Below are positions 46,435 through 59,708 of a stretch of DNA of 64,000 bases, piece after piece; within the stretch, counting starts at the first letter, position 1, and each line of letters opens with the position of its first letter. This DNA is from Phyllosticta citribraziliensis (Eukaryota), in the NCBI RefSeq assembly GCF_038025025.1, contig NW_027117342.1:744001-808000 (forward strand), written 5' to 3'. The position numbers and the translations under genes are program-made. The notes under the pieces were generated by a model. The model had not been told where the DNA came from. It searched no databases and saw only the letters and a list, made by a program, of their open reading frames with translations.

Positions 46435-49400
46435 TCAAAATCCCTCAATCCTCCTCTTCTTCTTCTTCGGACGACCGCCATGCGTGCCCCTTTCAACCTG
46501 AGTGCTTGGAAACTGTGATGGGGTCATCTGGCTGCTAACGAACTGGCTGAGATTTGGCCGTGGGATATTTGCAGGACCCGGAGAGCTTTGAGGCTGGTGG
46601 TGAATCACCAGAGGAGTCTGGGAAGCTGTTTGAGCCAAATGGGCTGCAGTTTCCCGTCTCTGTCTCTTGAGGTGTCGCATCGCTTTCCTGTGCAGACGCT
46701 CACGCTCCTTTTGGGTGAGTCCCTCGTCATTCATGGCAGCTGCGCGCTCATTCGCTCTCTTGGTCGCGTAGTAATCATACAACTCAGGGTTGGTTCCTGG
46801 TGCCCAGTGCGACAGCAAGCGCGTCATTTGACGGTTCAACGACGGCTGCTGCTTGCTGAATGTAGTGTACTGTCTCAGCCGTGACACTGCTCCATCATGA
46901 ATTGAAGAAACTCCAGATGAAAACGTTGTCCCAGATACAAGCGACGGAGTTGCCTCGGGAGTCGGAAGAGTGCCGTGGAAGTATGACTGCGACGAGCCCA
47001 GTTGCGATCCAGGAAGACTGGACGGAAACGAGTCTGGTCCGAAGCCCGCACCCTGGCTCTGCGCCTTCAGCGGCGACTCGTAATCAAGCCTTTGACTGTC
47101 CGCTACTTCCGCTTCATCAGACTGGGGTGCTGGTTGCTTGATGCGTATCGTGGTGGCCGACAAGCACAGTTGAGTTGCGACCTGCCTCGCCAGTCGTTCA
47201 TTCGTCAGGCGAACTCGTCCAGGCGTGTCTTGAGGTAGTCCGGACAACCAGGTCTGGATAATCTTGTCGTAAGTTGCCGAAATGGATGGAAGTGGAGAGC
47301 CGACTTCCTCGCCCAACTGGGTTTGAGCATTTTTGAGAACATTGATAGACAATGCATTCTCCGCAACGTTGTCCAAAGAAAACGACTGGAGAAGCTCCGC
47401 GAACGCCAGCGACCCCTCATCAACATCATCAACGCCAATCTCAAAGCCAGCAAACTGCATGAGAGTGTCGTTGTGGTGGGTTTCGGTGTCGGCTTCTGCT
47501 CCCAAAACTTCTCTCAAGCTTGTAGTTGCCGCAGTGATGTCTTCGGCTTCCGCCTTGATCGATTCATTCAGATTTTGGCTGACCCGAGTGTTGTTCACGG
47601 TAAAATGGTCCACACCATCTGTCGGGAGGTCACGGGGCAACGCCTGCACGCGATGGCGTCGACGTCTCTTTCCGTTCAACCACGGAGGTGTCACATCCTC
47701 TTCTTCGCTGGCATACTCATCAGGAACAACAAAATCCTCCTTGACAATGCGCGAGCTCAATTGAGCAGAGCCCTTGCCATACCACGAAAATTGTTCGATT
47801 CGAGGAGGGTTTCTCCATGGTGGGTCGGAAAGGTCGTACTCGGAGTCCCACACGGAAGCAAACTGGTGGTAAATTTCCATCTTGATCGAAAGAAACCACA
47901 GTCCAAAAAATCGAACACCATGGTCGCGGTACTCTTGGCCGATTCCAGAGGTCTCTCGACCTGAAACCTCGCTGTATTCGAGTGGTTGAGCGTGCACCCC
48001 CACCACAGACGTAGGTCGCGCACCGGGGGTGTCTATTGGTCCTAGATTGAGCTCGATCGGATCCGAGCAAGCAACCAAGGCAGACTCGGCATCTTCCTGT
48101 CGCTTGTAGCTTAAAGACGTCACGAGACTATTTTGTTGAGAGCGCAGCAATAGAATGCAGTCTGAAAAGTCAGTGGGTGTTTTTTCTCATGAAATGGCAA
48201 CGCACCATGCTCCTGGACGACTGGAGTGATTTGGAGAGTCGTATCTTCAACGTTGCGAAAATGTCGCCAAGAAAGTAGAACGACGGGGTCGATGGCTTTT
48301 TGCGGATCCGTGTTCTCCAAGCTTGGGACTTGAATGACCAGAACATGACTAGACGTCAAGACAAGCAAACGCTTGGGATCAAGAGGATCGACTCGTAAGT
48401 CAAGAATCCAGGTACTTCTTCCGAGTCTGAGGCTCGCAGCACTCAGTCGAGCTGAATGTCCTCGAAAATTCGAGACGACAACGTTCCGCCTGTTGCACAC
48501 GGCGACAGTGCTGACGTCCTTTACCCAGGTGATGCGTCCCCAGCAATCATATCGGCCGCCCAAGTCCTCGTCTTGTTCAAACGTGTCGTCCGCGCTTTCG
48601 AGATGGCCGGAGTACGCGACGACGGTCTTGTGGCGATGTCTTCTTCCCTTTCTACCCTCAAGATCCCAAATAGACCACGACCCTTCTTGATTTAGGGTGG
48701 CAAATTGACGCTGGTACCAAGGATTGAAAGTGAGGTCGGATATCGCAGGATCGTTGGGTTCGAGCAAGAGGGTGACGAGCGGACTGGCTTCCAATCTCGA
48801 AGGCCGGAATGACGAGCGAGAATTTGGCGCTCTCGATGCTGAGACTGGTGTGCGGTGGAAGAGTGGTCGAAAAAGATGGACCGATCGAGCCGTCCGCGCA
48901 GCCAAGTACGTTCCTCGATCCTCAGCCGTAGGCGCCGCAGCGATGATTTGCATAATGGGAGCACCGTTTCCGCACCACCAGCCAGTTTCTCCGTGCTCCA
49001 GCTCCGGCGTCCTCACCCAGAAGTTCTTGTCATTTCTCCAACCATGTCGTGTAGGCACAGCTCTTATCAGGCGAAGCGCTTCGCCCGCTTTTCCACCAGG
49101 CACAGCTGCAAAGGCGAGGGCTGCTCTCGAGCCTTTGCGATGGACGTCTCGAGCCCTTCCGAAAGCCAACAAATCTCCACGCAGGGGGTCGTACTTGGAG
49201 GCAACGATGTCGATGGCCTGAGAGACTTGAAGGTCGCGTGCCAGAACATCCTTTTCGATCAACAGCTCTGGATACAGCCCGGAGAATTGTTTTTTGCGAA
49301 AAATGTCTGCATTGTTGGTGTTGCGCTCGACTTGCTCTGCGCCGGAGGCCTCAATTGAGATTTTGGGTTCGTCCAAGGGCCGCAGCTCCTTTCTCTGGCC

Positions 49401-49496
49401 CGGCTGCCGTGGAAAGTCCCACGAGTGATTGTCTACATTGTAGCTGGGAAAGCCAAAGTGACCGTAGTGCAGGTCGTGGAGCGAGCGATCAGTCAT
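46435..49496 (-). CDS. RRN6: RNA polymerase I core factor subunit Rrn6-like
   Basis: DLHYGHFG..Y N-terminus, FNPWYQRQFA, LLSWRHFR, SQ-rich tail ending KKKKRRIEGF; two ORFs joined by an intron at about 48206-48160. Confidence 0.75.
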
Positions 49497-49766
49497 CTGG
49501 CTCGAGTACGTCGTACGGTTTGTCGTATTTGAGCGCGATCATTTCCGGCGAAGGATACGGCGTAATAATGGTGTAGAGGTGATCGGTAGCATGAAGTTGT
49601 TCAACGGAGTGCAGATGCGGCGAGTCGGTGGAGAGTCGATGCGACAACTTTTTGCTGGGCCTGACGGAGCTACCGCTTTACCGCCGACGCTAACCCGCAA
49701 CAGGATGCAAAGTAAACAATCGTCAACACCACCACAACACCTCCACGACATCACCAAACTACCACC

Positions 49767-50584
49767 ATGGCTGCCACCTTTGAACCGTCCTTGTCTACCA
49801 GCGCCATGCGCGCGCCATTTTCCGCCGATGCGCCTTCCATGGCCGACTCCTTGCCGAGCATCAACTTTGGCTTCGACGACTTGCGCCAGCGCATGAACAG
49901 CTTTACCGCACGCTTCGACGACTTCATCGAGAAGGGTCGAAAGAGGGTACTGGCGGAGCGCAACCAATTCCGCTTGAGCATCGCCGAGTTGCAAGGTAGG
50001 TTCCCGCAGACGGTAGAAGACCGAGCTAACAGGACGCAGAGGACGAAAGGCAGAAACAGCGCGACATTGAAATCCTCACCCTCAAATCATCGACGCACCA
50101 ACAGACGCTCTCCAAAGAGTCGCAAGAAACGGCCGAGATGAACAACGCAATCGCCAACCTGAATGCGCGCCGCGACGAACAAACTTCGCGTCGCGACCTG
50201 CTCAAATCTCAGATTGCCGACGTCCAGAAACAAATTGCAGCAAAGCGCGATGCACAAAACAAGCACGCTCGCTATTTGGATAGCCAGGCTCGATTCAACG
50301 TTCCGGAGCTCGACTTCTGGGAGAATTACCTGTGCATGCGGATTGAGGGCGCGGGCATGGACGACCGGCTCAAGTTTGTCTATACACATATCGATGAGAT
50401 GGATTGGGAGAAGGAGGCATGGTTTGAGTTGGACATGGGCAGTAGGGAATACCGCATAACTCACTTGCGGCCAAAGGTGGAGACGGAAGAAGTGGAGAGG
50501 GTACTGGAAAGATTGAACGAGAACAGGGAGCTGTCAAGCTTTTTGAAGGGGATGCGAGAGGTCTTTGTCGAGGCTATGAAATAG
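49767..50584 (+). CDS. SPC25: Kinetochore protein Spc25
   Basis: LPSINFGFDDLRQRMNSFTARFDDFI, coiled coil, FNVPELDFWENYLCMRIEG..DRLKFVYTHID, FLKGMR; intron at about 49996-50039. Confidence 0.92.
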
Positions 50585-50600
50585 CTACGACGGCGTTTTT

Positions 50601-52670
50601 CTATCTATTCGTATTGTAGTACTTGGGTGCGTACTCCAAAAGCCACCCCTTTTCAATCTTGGAAATGTCCCGGATAAAGGTTTTGCTACCAGTCTCCATG
50701 ATTTCGTGGAAAATGACCCAATCAGCTTTGCGATTCTGCAGGTGTTAGTGGGATCAAAAAGGAGTTGGGCAAACTTACAAACATCAAAGACGTTGGATGC
50801 GCATGCAAAGTCATTCCTCCAACCGTCTTAAAGGTGCCGTCTGGTTGCATCCTCGCGGCGTGCGCAAAGAACCCAGTTGTGAGACACTTTCGAATCTGCT
50901 CCGCCTTGTCGGGACCACCAGCCCTCAACACGCCGCTGCTCAAACTCTCAGAAACATCGATTCCGAATCTTTCAAGATATCTCCGCAGCTGGTTCCGAAC
51001 ACTGACGGCTCGAGTCATTGACTTGTAGTTGAGGTAGTTGTCTCTGCACCATTTGGCCTCCTTCTTTCCCTTGGTGACAAAGGCCTGGTAGGCGTTGAGG
51101 AGAGTCAAGTGATCTCCTTCTTCGACGGCAAATTTGCGGCGTGCAGTCTCTTGCGCCTTTTTCTGACCTTCATGGTAGAACCACACATTGCCCTGCAGAC
51201 TTGTCATGGCGGCAATGGATAAGATCTCGCTCAGACATCCAAAGGATGACGCGGTGAGCAAGACTTTTGCCGTCATTGGCTCAACGGCCAGCTCGGCCAT
51301 GCGCGTCCCCAGTGGCTTTGTCAACTTGGCAAAATCATCCAAAGCGCCAAGAGAGTAGAGAAGCTCCAAAGCGCGGATGATGAGCTCGGCGGGAGGGGGC
51401 GTCAGGTAATCGAATCGCGCAATGTTGTCGATTCCAAGCGCCTTGAGTTGAAGTATCGTCGGTGCCAAGTTTGATCGTTGGATCTCGGGAACCGTGGCGT
51501 CTGGCAAGGATTCATAGACTTGCTCGGTGTAAAGGCGGTAGCATTTTCCTGGCTTCGTCCGGCCTGCACGACCAGCACGCTGGGTGGCAGATGCTTTTGA
51601 GACTGGTGTTGCTGTCAAAGTCTCGATTCCGGCAGTCGGATTGTAGGCCTTTAGCTTCACAAATCCGCAGTCGATGACGTAGACGATGCCCTCGATGGTC
51701 ACGGATGCTTCGGCAATGTTGGTTGCTACAATGACTTTGCGCGTGTTCTCGGCCGCGGGCTCAAAGACGTACATTTGCTGGTCTGTAGAAAGGCCGGCGT
51801 AGAGAGGAAGCGGCTGGAGCTTTTGGGCGTTTGGGTTCAGAGATGCGGCGCGATCTGCGACCATTTCGATCGCGGTTTCGATTTCTTCTCGTCCAGTGAG
51901 GAATATCAAAATGTCGCCCTCTGGCTCTTGGGTGTGAATGTCAAACACCGTCTTGACGGCTCGCTCGACGTAGTCCTCAGCGGGCTGCTCCAGATAGTGT
52001 ATGTCTACGGGATACATTCGACCTTCCAGGCTGATGATCCTGCCAGTTTGCTCGTCATCTCCAGCAAAGAAATTGAGAAAATCTTCTGCTTGAAGCGTTG
52101 CACTGCTGACGATGATGCGCAAGTCTGACCTCTTTTTGCGAATCTTTTTCAACAGTCCAAGGAGAACATCAGAGCTGAGGGAGCGTTCATGAGCTTCGTC
52201 GACCATGATGACAGAGTACCGAGAAAGCAAAGGGTCCACCAAAGCCTCCCTCAGGAGCAGACCGTCGGTGAGGAATTTGATTTTTGTGGCCTCGGAAGTC
52301 ACATCTTCAAATCTAATCGAGTAGCCGACTTCTTGACCCAGATTGCACCTCATCTCATCAGCAACTCTAGCGGCCACCGTCGTGGCAGCCACTCTCCGAG
52401 GCTAAACAAAGTTAGGGCAGTATAAGTCGGAGTAAACGAGGCCAACTGACCCACCTGCGTAACGGCGATCGACTTTCCCTGACGAGTCCATCCTGCTTGG
52501 TCCAGGAATTGAGGGATCTGCGTAGTCTTGCCGCTTCCCGTGTGGCCGACGACAATGGTTACGGGAAAAGTCTCGACGAGGTAGAGCAGACTCTCGCGAT
52601 GACGAGCAATTGGCAGGAGGGAGGTCGGCTTGTACAGCGAAGGAATAAAGGAGGAATCGTCCGGGTCCAT
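50601..52670 (-). CDS. DHX35: DEAH-box RNA helicase, DHX35-like
   Basis: GHTGSGKTTQIPQ, VDEAHER, SSAT, ATNIAEAS, QRAGRAGR, HA2/OB region; short N-terminus; two introns. Confidence 0.88.
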
Positions 52671-52895
52671 GGCGACAGCGATGTCAGGAGATGGATCCGT
52701 GTGTGATGGCGGAGCGGACAGGGCGGGCCGGGACCGGCTAGCGCGCCAAGCCCGTTGGCCAAGGTCAACGTCATTGCGTCGCGGCGCAGGAGTCCAGGCA
52801 ACATCTACAGCTCGTCCTGCTTCCAACTCCCAACACCACTGCTCTCGGTCGGCTCCTCACACGTTTCATGCTCGCTTGCCGATTCTATCGCCACC

Positions 52896-54385
52896 ATGTC
52901 CGAGAAGTCCGCCACCGAAAAGGCTGTGAGTTGCGCGCATACCACTTTCAATATTGTGCAAGAGCCCAACGCTGATCTGCGACAGAATTCAAAGCCAGAG
53001 TCGCCTACGACCGCACGCGAAATGGACTTTGACGATGATGTTCCAGACTCTGCGACGCAGGAGAGGGAAACCAAGTCCCCCCCTCCCAAAAAAGTCAGCT
53101 TCCAAGACGCTCCCGACGACGACGACCCCGCGCCCCCTCCCAAGCCTCCTCGACCCATGAGCCCCATGGCGCAAGCCGAAGCGACGTTGATTGAGGCTTT
53201 CCCGGATACCGATCCAAAGGTTATCAAGGCTGTTTTGGTGGCTAGTGGAGGCAAGGTCGAGCCAGCATTTAATGCTCTGTTGAGTATGTTTTCCGAACAT
53301 GACCAGGAAGTCGCTAATTCAGTAGGCATGTCGGACCCCAACTTCAAGGCTGACGATGTCCCTCCTCCGCCACCTCCTCGTCCTGGCTCAGGTCGCACAC
53401 AGCTGGAGGCCGACGAACTCTACGCGCGCCAGCTCGCAGAGCACTACCAAAGCACCGGCGCGCCCGCGGGATACGGTACTCGTGGGAGGGGTGATCCGCC
53501 TGTCGGTCAACGCAGACAGACGGATTTGAAGCCCAACGAAATGTACGACGATCGCGAACATAGCTTCTTTGACGGTAAGAGGACCATAACTCCAGTGTGA
53601 AGAGCAACCGCTCAGGTTCCGGCTAAGATCTCGCAGACGACCTCCCGGTAATCCAGGAGAACATCAAGAAGGGCTTTCTTGAGACGCAGACAAAGGTCAA
53701 CAAGTGGATCAGCGATTTCAAGAAGAAGTTGGATGGCGACGAAGAGGAGGAGCCAGTGGCTGGATCCTCGAATCAATACAGGCGACAAGACTTTGGACCT
53801 TCACAATCTGATCAACTTCATGGCATTCGCAAGAGTGCGGAAGGCAGGCGGAGTGCGGACCGCGAGAGATATGATGCAGACCCGCGCGTGCTGAGTGACG
53901 ACTTTTCTGGGCTCGAGCTGAGGGACAATGAGGGTATGGAACCAGGTGTGCTGTTTACAATGCATGCTGACAATTTAGGACCGCACTCTCGTACCAACCG
54001 ACCGACAGCCAATCCCGACCTCTTCAAGCCTACACCCAAGCCTCCGCAGTCCGGTCCCGTTGATGAAGTCGACGCGATCTACCGCCAACCTTCACCGGTA
54101 TCCAAGACGAAGAAATGGCAGCCCTTGACATCGGTAGCGCCCAACCCAGAAGCCGATGATCACGATCCGTTCAGCTTGGGCGACAGCGACGACGAGCAGG
54201 AAGCGAAGACCAAGGATTTGAAGTCGGAGGACAGCGAGAGGTTGAAGAAGGCGGCAGCAGAGACGGAGGCGAATGGAGAGGGAAGCAAGAGTCCGCCTGG
54301 AGAGGCGATCAAGCCTCACGAAAGGAGTGGAAGTTCGGGTCAGCAGGACAAGCTGGCTACGGAATTGTTGACGGACAAGAAATGA
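52896..54385 (+). CDS. CUE5: CUE-domain ubiquitin-binding protein, Cue5-like, multi-exon
   Basis: LIEAFPDTDPKVIKAVLVASGGKVEPAFNALL, QLEADELYARQL, SFFDDDLPVI, DPFSLGDSDDE. Confidence 0.85.
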
Positions 54386-54695
54386 TGGAGGCGGAATTAT
54401 ATCCCAGCGATGGAGCAATGAATGGAGATTGATATATTAAGTTGCAAACATTGTGCACTTAACTGCCAAATCCATGTTTTTTGAGGGTCCATATGGGGTC
54501 GACCTGCCTCTTTGGGTTTAGCTCAACAAGACGTAGCAGAGGAACGGAAGGTAACAGCGAGCGGGGACTATCCATACTCCTCCGCATCATTGACACAACG
54601 TAGCTTGTCAAGACTGATTTATCTATATCTACAGCACATAAAACACCCCTCATCCAAAAGCCAATTTCAACAATCTTGTCCAGTTCAAGTCCAAC

Positions 54696-56649
54696 ATGGC
54701 CTCAACAACCCTGCTTTTTCTGTTCGCAGCAACGTCAACAGCACGCGACATTGCCTTTCCCCCGCTCTCTCCTCTCGGCTTCCAACAAAACCCGCTGCTC
54801 GGCTCCAGCGGCGGCAGTCTCTTGGGCGATGGCATCGGCGACGCTCCGTGGGCTGGCTTGACTACGTTTGCCAATCTGCCGCACGTGCATTGTTTAGCTG
54901 GCGCGGATGCGGAGGAAAAGGAGGAAGGCGAGGCGTTTGATATTGCGGTTTTGGGTGCGCCGTTTGATACGGTAGGTTCATTTTTTTGGGCGATGTACCT
55001 TGGGGTGTCTGGGCTCGAGGTGGAATAGACCACAGGAAAATTGGAAAGTCTTCATGACTTTGAAGCACACATTGGGATGGAGACGGGTCGAATTGCTTCC
55101 TTTTTTCAACCACCAGACTGATGAAACAGGGAGTGACGGCAAGACCAGGAGCGCGATATGGGCCTACGGGAATACGCCTTGGCTCGAGAAGGCTGGGAGT
55201 GGGGTACAACATCTACACTGGTACGTACCTGTCAACGACGAATCCCGCGTGCAAGTCTCGACAGAGGCATGGCGGCGCCTGACGTGTACTGCTACATTAC
55301 ACGGCCCAGGAGTCCTGCATGGCCTTTGAGTCACATGCTGAGAAGAGTCGGACCTGCATATCCAAAACATCTCGTCAAGAAATGCAAGAAACGTTTGCTG
55401 ATGAACATTGTGCAGGCGAAAGCACCTACAACACTTGGGCAAGGATTGTCGACTGTGGCGACGTGCCGTTGACGGTCCTGGTAAGTCTCGTTGCATCTCA
55501 TCGACGAATCAACGTTGTTGACTGCTGCAATAGGACAATACTGTTGCACTGAGACAGCTGGACCGGGCGCACAAGGTGAGTGGCCTCAAGTACCAATACT
55601 TTTGTCACGGCACGTGTGGGCGCGAAGGAAATTTCCGTAGGCGTCGATCTGGCGTAGCCTGCGGTAGACGCGCCTTGCCGATGCCGTGGCATGGTTTGGA
55701 CAGTCCAATCGGTTTGCTAGCCTAACGTGTGACGCACGTAGGTCGTTGCGGCTCGCAAGACGAATGCCAGCAGTTACACGACACCAAGGATACTCACTCT
55801 TGGCGGCGATCATACCACGACATTGTCAGCGCTGAGGTCCACGTCGGAGAAATGGGGCCCGGTGAGCGTGATTCATTTCGACAGCCACCTCGGTACGTGA
55901 ATCCAGATGGTATCGAGCAGGCTGACCATTGGTAGATACGTGGGATCCAAAAGTCCTAGGTAAGGAGTCCGAATATTCAACATCCGTAGCTAACGGTGCA
56001 CAGGTGGCGGAATTTCCCACTACGCGTACGCAAAAAGTTCCTCGATGCAATGGCGCTAATGAATCTCCAGAGGTGTAAACCACGGAACTTTCCTCCACAT
56101 TGCACACGAAGAAGGATTGATCCGCAATACGTCAATCCATGCGGGGATCCGAGCTCCAGTTTTCAATCGCCACAAGGACTTGGGTAACGACGCTCGATGT
56201 GGGTTTGAAATGGTCAAAGCACGAGAAATTGACCGCATCGGCATTGACGGCATCATCGAACGGCTAAAGGCCAGAGTTTCTGGAAGCAGAGTCTACATCT
56301 CTGTCGACATTGATGTCTTGGATCCAGCTTTTGCGCCAGGTGAGTGAGCCTCAACGAGTAGGAATACCAATCTGATTGGTTCAGCAACGGGCACGGCGGA
56401 GCCCGGTGGATGGAGCACCCGGGAACTGTTGAGCATCCTTGACGGCCTGACCGGGCTGCAGGTCATTGGTGCAGATGTTGGTAAGTCGGCTGCAGCCTTC
56501 CAACGTGCACAGACAAACGGTGTGACTGACGACCTCTTGTAGTTGAGGTTGCTCCTGTGTACGACAACGTGGGAGAGCCCACTACTCTTGCTGCGGCACA
56601 GATTGCCGATTCGCTGTTGACCCTGATGGTACAAACACCTGTAGGTTGA
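54696..56649 (+). CDS. Arginase/agmatinase-family ureohydrolase with N-terminal signal peptide, intron-rich
   Basis: [74 protein letters not shown]. Confidence 0.92.
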
Positions 56650-56958
56650 GGGGGACTTCAGCGAGGGACATTTGGCGGGGTAGAAAGATCTCAAATAGAT
56701 GAATGCATGCCGTTTGTTTGTTCAATGCACGCGAGATAATTCGGGATGCAAGGACTATGCTTTGTCGATTGAAGATGAGGTTGAAGTTGACAGGGAGGAT
56801 GCATTGCTGGCAGTCGGTCCCGACCAATCACATCTACCAAAAGTCCTGGCCGGCCAACCCCACCTCGGGACAGCATCTCCAGCTGGCACCGCTCCTCGAG
56901 TCAACATCCTCAACCACAAAAGCAACATACACCACTGTGCAACCCGAAATTATTCATC

Positions 56959-57509
56959 ATGGCCGACAACGGAATGAGAGACGCCAACCACGCCGAAGAG
57001 CCCAAGCGCTTCGAGCCAAAGAATCCCGTCCAGCTCGACCCGCCTAAAGACGATCCCATCACCCCCGAGTACCTGGCCAAGTGTAACGGTAAGGCCCATG
57101 CGTGCGCATGATGATCATGGCGGCTCTGATGCAGTTGCAGGTACGAATGAAGGCTTCCCGACGCTGGTGGCAATCAAGGTACGAAACCATCCTTCATTTT
57201 CTACTGTGCAACTGACATGGCCAAGGGCACCGTCTTTGATGTCACCAAGAACGAAGCCTACGGTCCGAGCGGCCAGTACAAGGGTAAGAAGCCTGATTAC
57301 CTCCAGTTGCTCGCCATCTGACAGCCAGCGCAGTCTTTGCTGGCAAGGAGCCCAACCGCGCGCTAGCCCAGTCCTCGCTGAAGCCCGAGGACTGCGTGCC
57401 CGAGTGGGAAGACTTGGCCGACAAGGAAAAGACGGTCCTCGACGAGTGGTTTACTTTTTTCAGCAAGCGCTACAATGTTGTTGGCAAGGTGCAGCGTGCC
57501 AATCTGTGA
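56959..57509 (+). CDS. Cytochrome-b5-like heme/steroid-binding protein, multi-exon
   Basis: FEPKNPVQLDPPKDDPIT, VAIK/GTVFDVT, YGPSGQYK, FAGKEPNRALA, VLDEWFTFFSKRYNVVG; ends ANL*. Confidence 0.9.
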
Positions 57510-58119
57510 GTAGTCGCCATAGTTTCAATCAACTGTGTCTGCCTTGCCACTCGGCCTAGTTGTACGTGAGACGGCTTACCAGCGTCGATTTGAAGGGCCC
57601 CTTTGCAATCGAGGCAAGTTTCAAAGTTGCAATCTCAGTTATTCACCGACGCCGCTTTTTGCATCGTCAGCCTCGTCCTGTTGTACTTTTTGGCGTCATG
57701 GTTCCAGAGCAAGTCTGAGCTGTAGTCTGAAGAAAATTGCCGCAAGGCTTTTATCAAGAGGTACGTCTGTACTCAAGTACAAATATCGTATTACTGACAT
57801 TGCCCAAGCACGTCTGAACACACGTGAAAGTCTGATATTTTGAACAACCACGCTGACGTACCATCAGGTCCAAACGAATAGAATCCAAGCTGTAGAAGTA
57901 CCCAACCAAATGGCAACTCCAAACGCCCTCATCCAAATTGCCCGCTATGAAGTGCTTTTGTTATAGTGTAAGACGAAGAAACCACAAACAACGAGCCAGC
58001 GCAACGAAAAGCCGTGACAGCGCCGTCCGAATTTTGCGCGGCATCCGCCGGAACCCCTGCCCTTAGCCAAATACCCTAAGAGTCCAGCTTTTGTCCCTCG
58101 TTCCTCCAGTCGCGCTCCC

Positions 58120-58323
58120 TCACATGCGTCGCTGGTACGCATCGCGCGGCAGGCCGGCGTCGACGCAACCTCCGCAATTTTCGTGCGGCTGCCGCCACTC
58201 GCGCTTGATGCTCCACGCGCCGAAGCACTGGTGGTTGGGGTCGTTGCGCGCAAAGTGGCAGTACTTGATGAGGCGCTTGTAGACGTGGCCGCAGTTGAAA
58301 TGGATGGCCTCGTACTGGCACAT
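58120..58323 (-). CDS. Small Cys/His-rich protein (67 aa)
   Basis: MCQYEAIHFNCGH...YCHFARNDPNHQCFGAW...CGGC; strong C/G third-position bias; TATAAAA upstream at about 58612-58618 (minus). Confidence 0.7.
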   Translation of the reverse strand: MCQYEAIHFNCGHVYKRLIKYCHFARNDPNHQCFGAWSIKREWRQPHENCGGCVDAGLPRDAYQRRM

Positions 58324-59708
58324 TTTGTGGTGGATGTGTGAATTGAATCTATTCCTGTCAGTACTGCACTGCGGAAGCTGGATGGTGTCTGCTGTGTCCG
58401 CGCGGGTGTCAGCTGTCATCGACATACCGTATGTAGTTTTTCGACGCTCTGCGTGAGCAGTGGTGGCTTTGTCAGCTGTCGAGAAGGAAGCCGTCCGTCG
58501 GTCCGTCGCAAGAGCACGTGTTGTGAGGGTGCGAGCACAAGGGGCGACAGTTTTTGTACTGGTAAGAGAGTGAAGGTAGGACTTGTGCGTTTGAAAACGC
58601 TCGACTCCCCTTTTTATATTCCCCCAATCCTCTGCCAATCCCCTCCCCGATCTCATCTGCTGCGTGGTCCGGGGTCGCCTCCTTTCGATTGCTCACATCA
58701 TGCTGAGCGAGGTGCGCCGTGTCCTATCAGGCAGGAGGTGGAGCAAAGGACTGTCGACAGACCATCCAAGCAGGGGTCGAGTTTGGCGCGGGATCTGGGG
58801 GAGCCTGCCCTGCCTGCCATGGGGCCTGGATGCCTGCGTGGCGGGAAGAAGCGTTCTCCTTGTCTTGATTAGTACCGCTGAAGCCCGGCGGATACTGGCA
58901 GCAGCCGTGGAGACACGAAAGGGAAAGAAACTGGGATCTTTCTTGAAGACGCTCCTGACGTGCCGTGACTATTTAGATGAAGATGCCTGGTGAGTCCGAG
59001 CTTTCGTGTAGACCTGTGTCCTGGGTGACCATATGCTGTGCGCCGGCCTGTTGACCGTCCTGGCAGACGTGAGGTCGTCAGGGCATGCTACGCATCACAT
59101 ATTGGACATTGACCCATATGGTGTGCAACGACCAGAAAAGACGTTGTAAGGCGAGCTTTGACAACCTGCCACAGCATCTGAAACCGATTGGTTTGCTCTT
59201 TGCATGTTGCAAACTTTTGCTGCATGGCGGCAGAAGCGCTTCGGCACGTCCATACAGGGGCAAAGACGCTCCTGTACGGAATGGGAATTTCGTGCATATA
59301 GCTCCGTGCAGACGGCAGCGGACCGGTGGCTGGGCCGGGCCGCCGGTCAATCCTTGAAGGGTTCCAGTTCGTCGAAATTTCTTTGGTTGCACCGTTGACA
59401 TGTGGATGGCTGAGGGAATTCACTTGAAGATTTCCAACGTTGCTTCGATGATGAACCCCAAGACTGTGCGGAACCAGATTGGTTTCTTCAAGCCTGTCGT
59501 CACTTAAACGAATCTTTATCTCTTGCACAGTTCACAGCCTTTCAAAGCTCCCCGTTCCACTGATGCTAGGGCGGTGCTACCTGGATACATCACTCGTGTA
59601 TCGTGGTATTCGCACTGACAGTTGCTTGACGGCGCAGAAAATCCGATTGGTATCTTGATGCTTGCAGGTACATTGTTCAACGTATTCGCCCACTGTTCTA
59701 CCGCTTCC

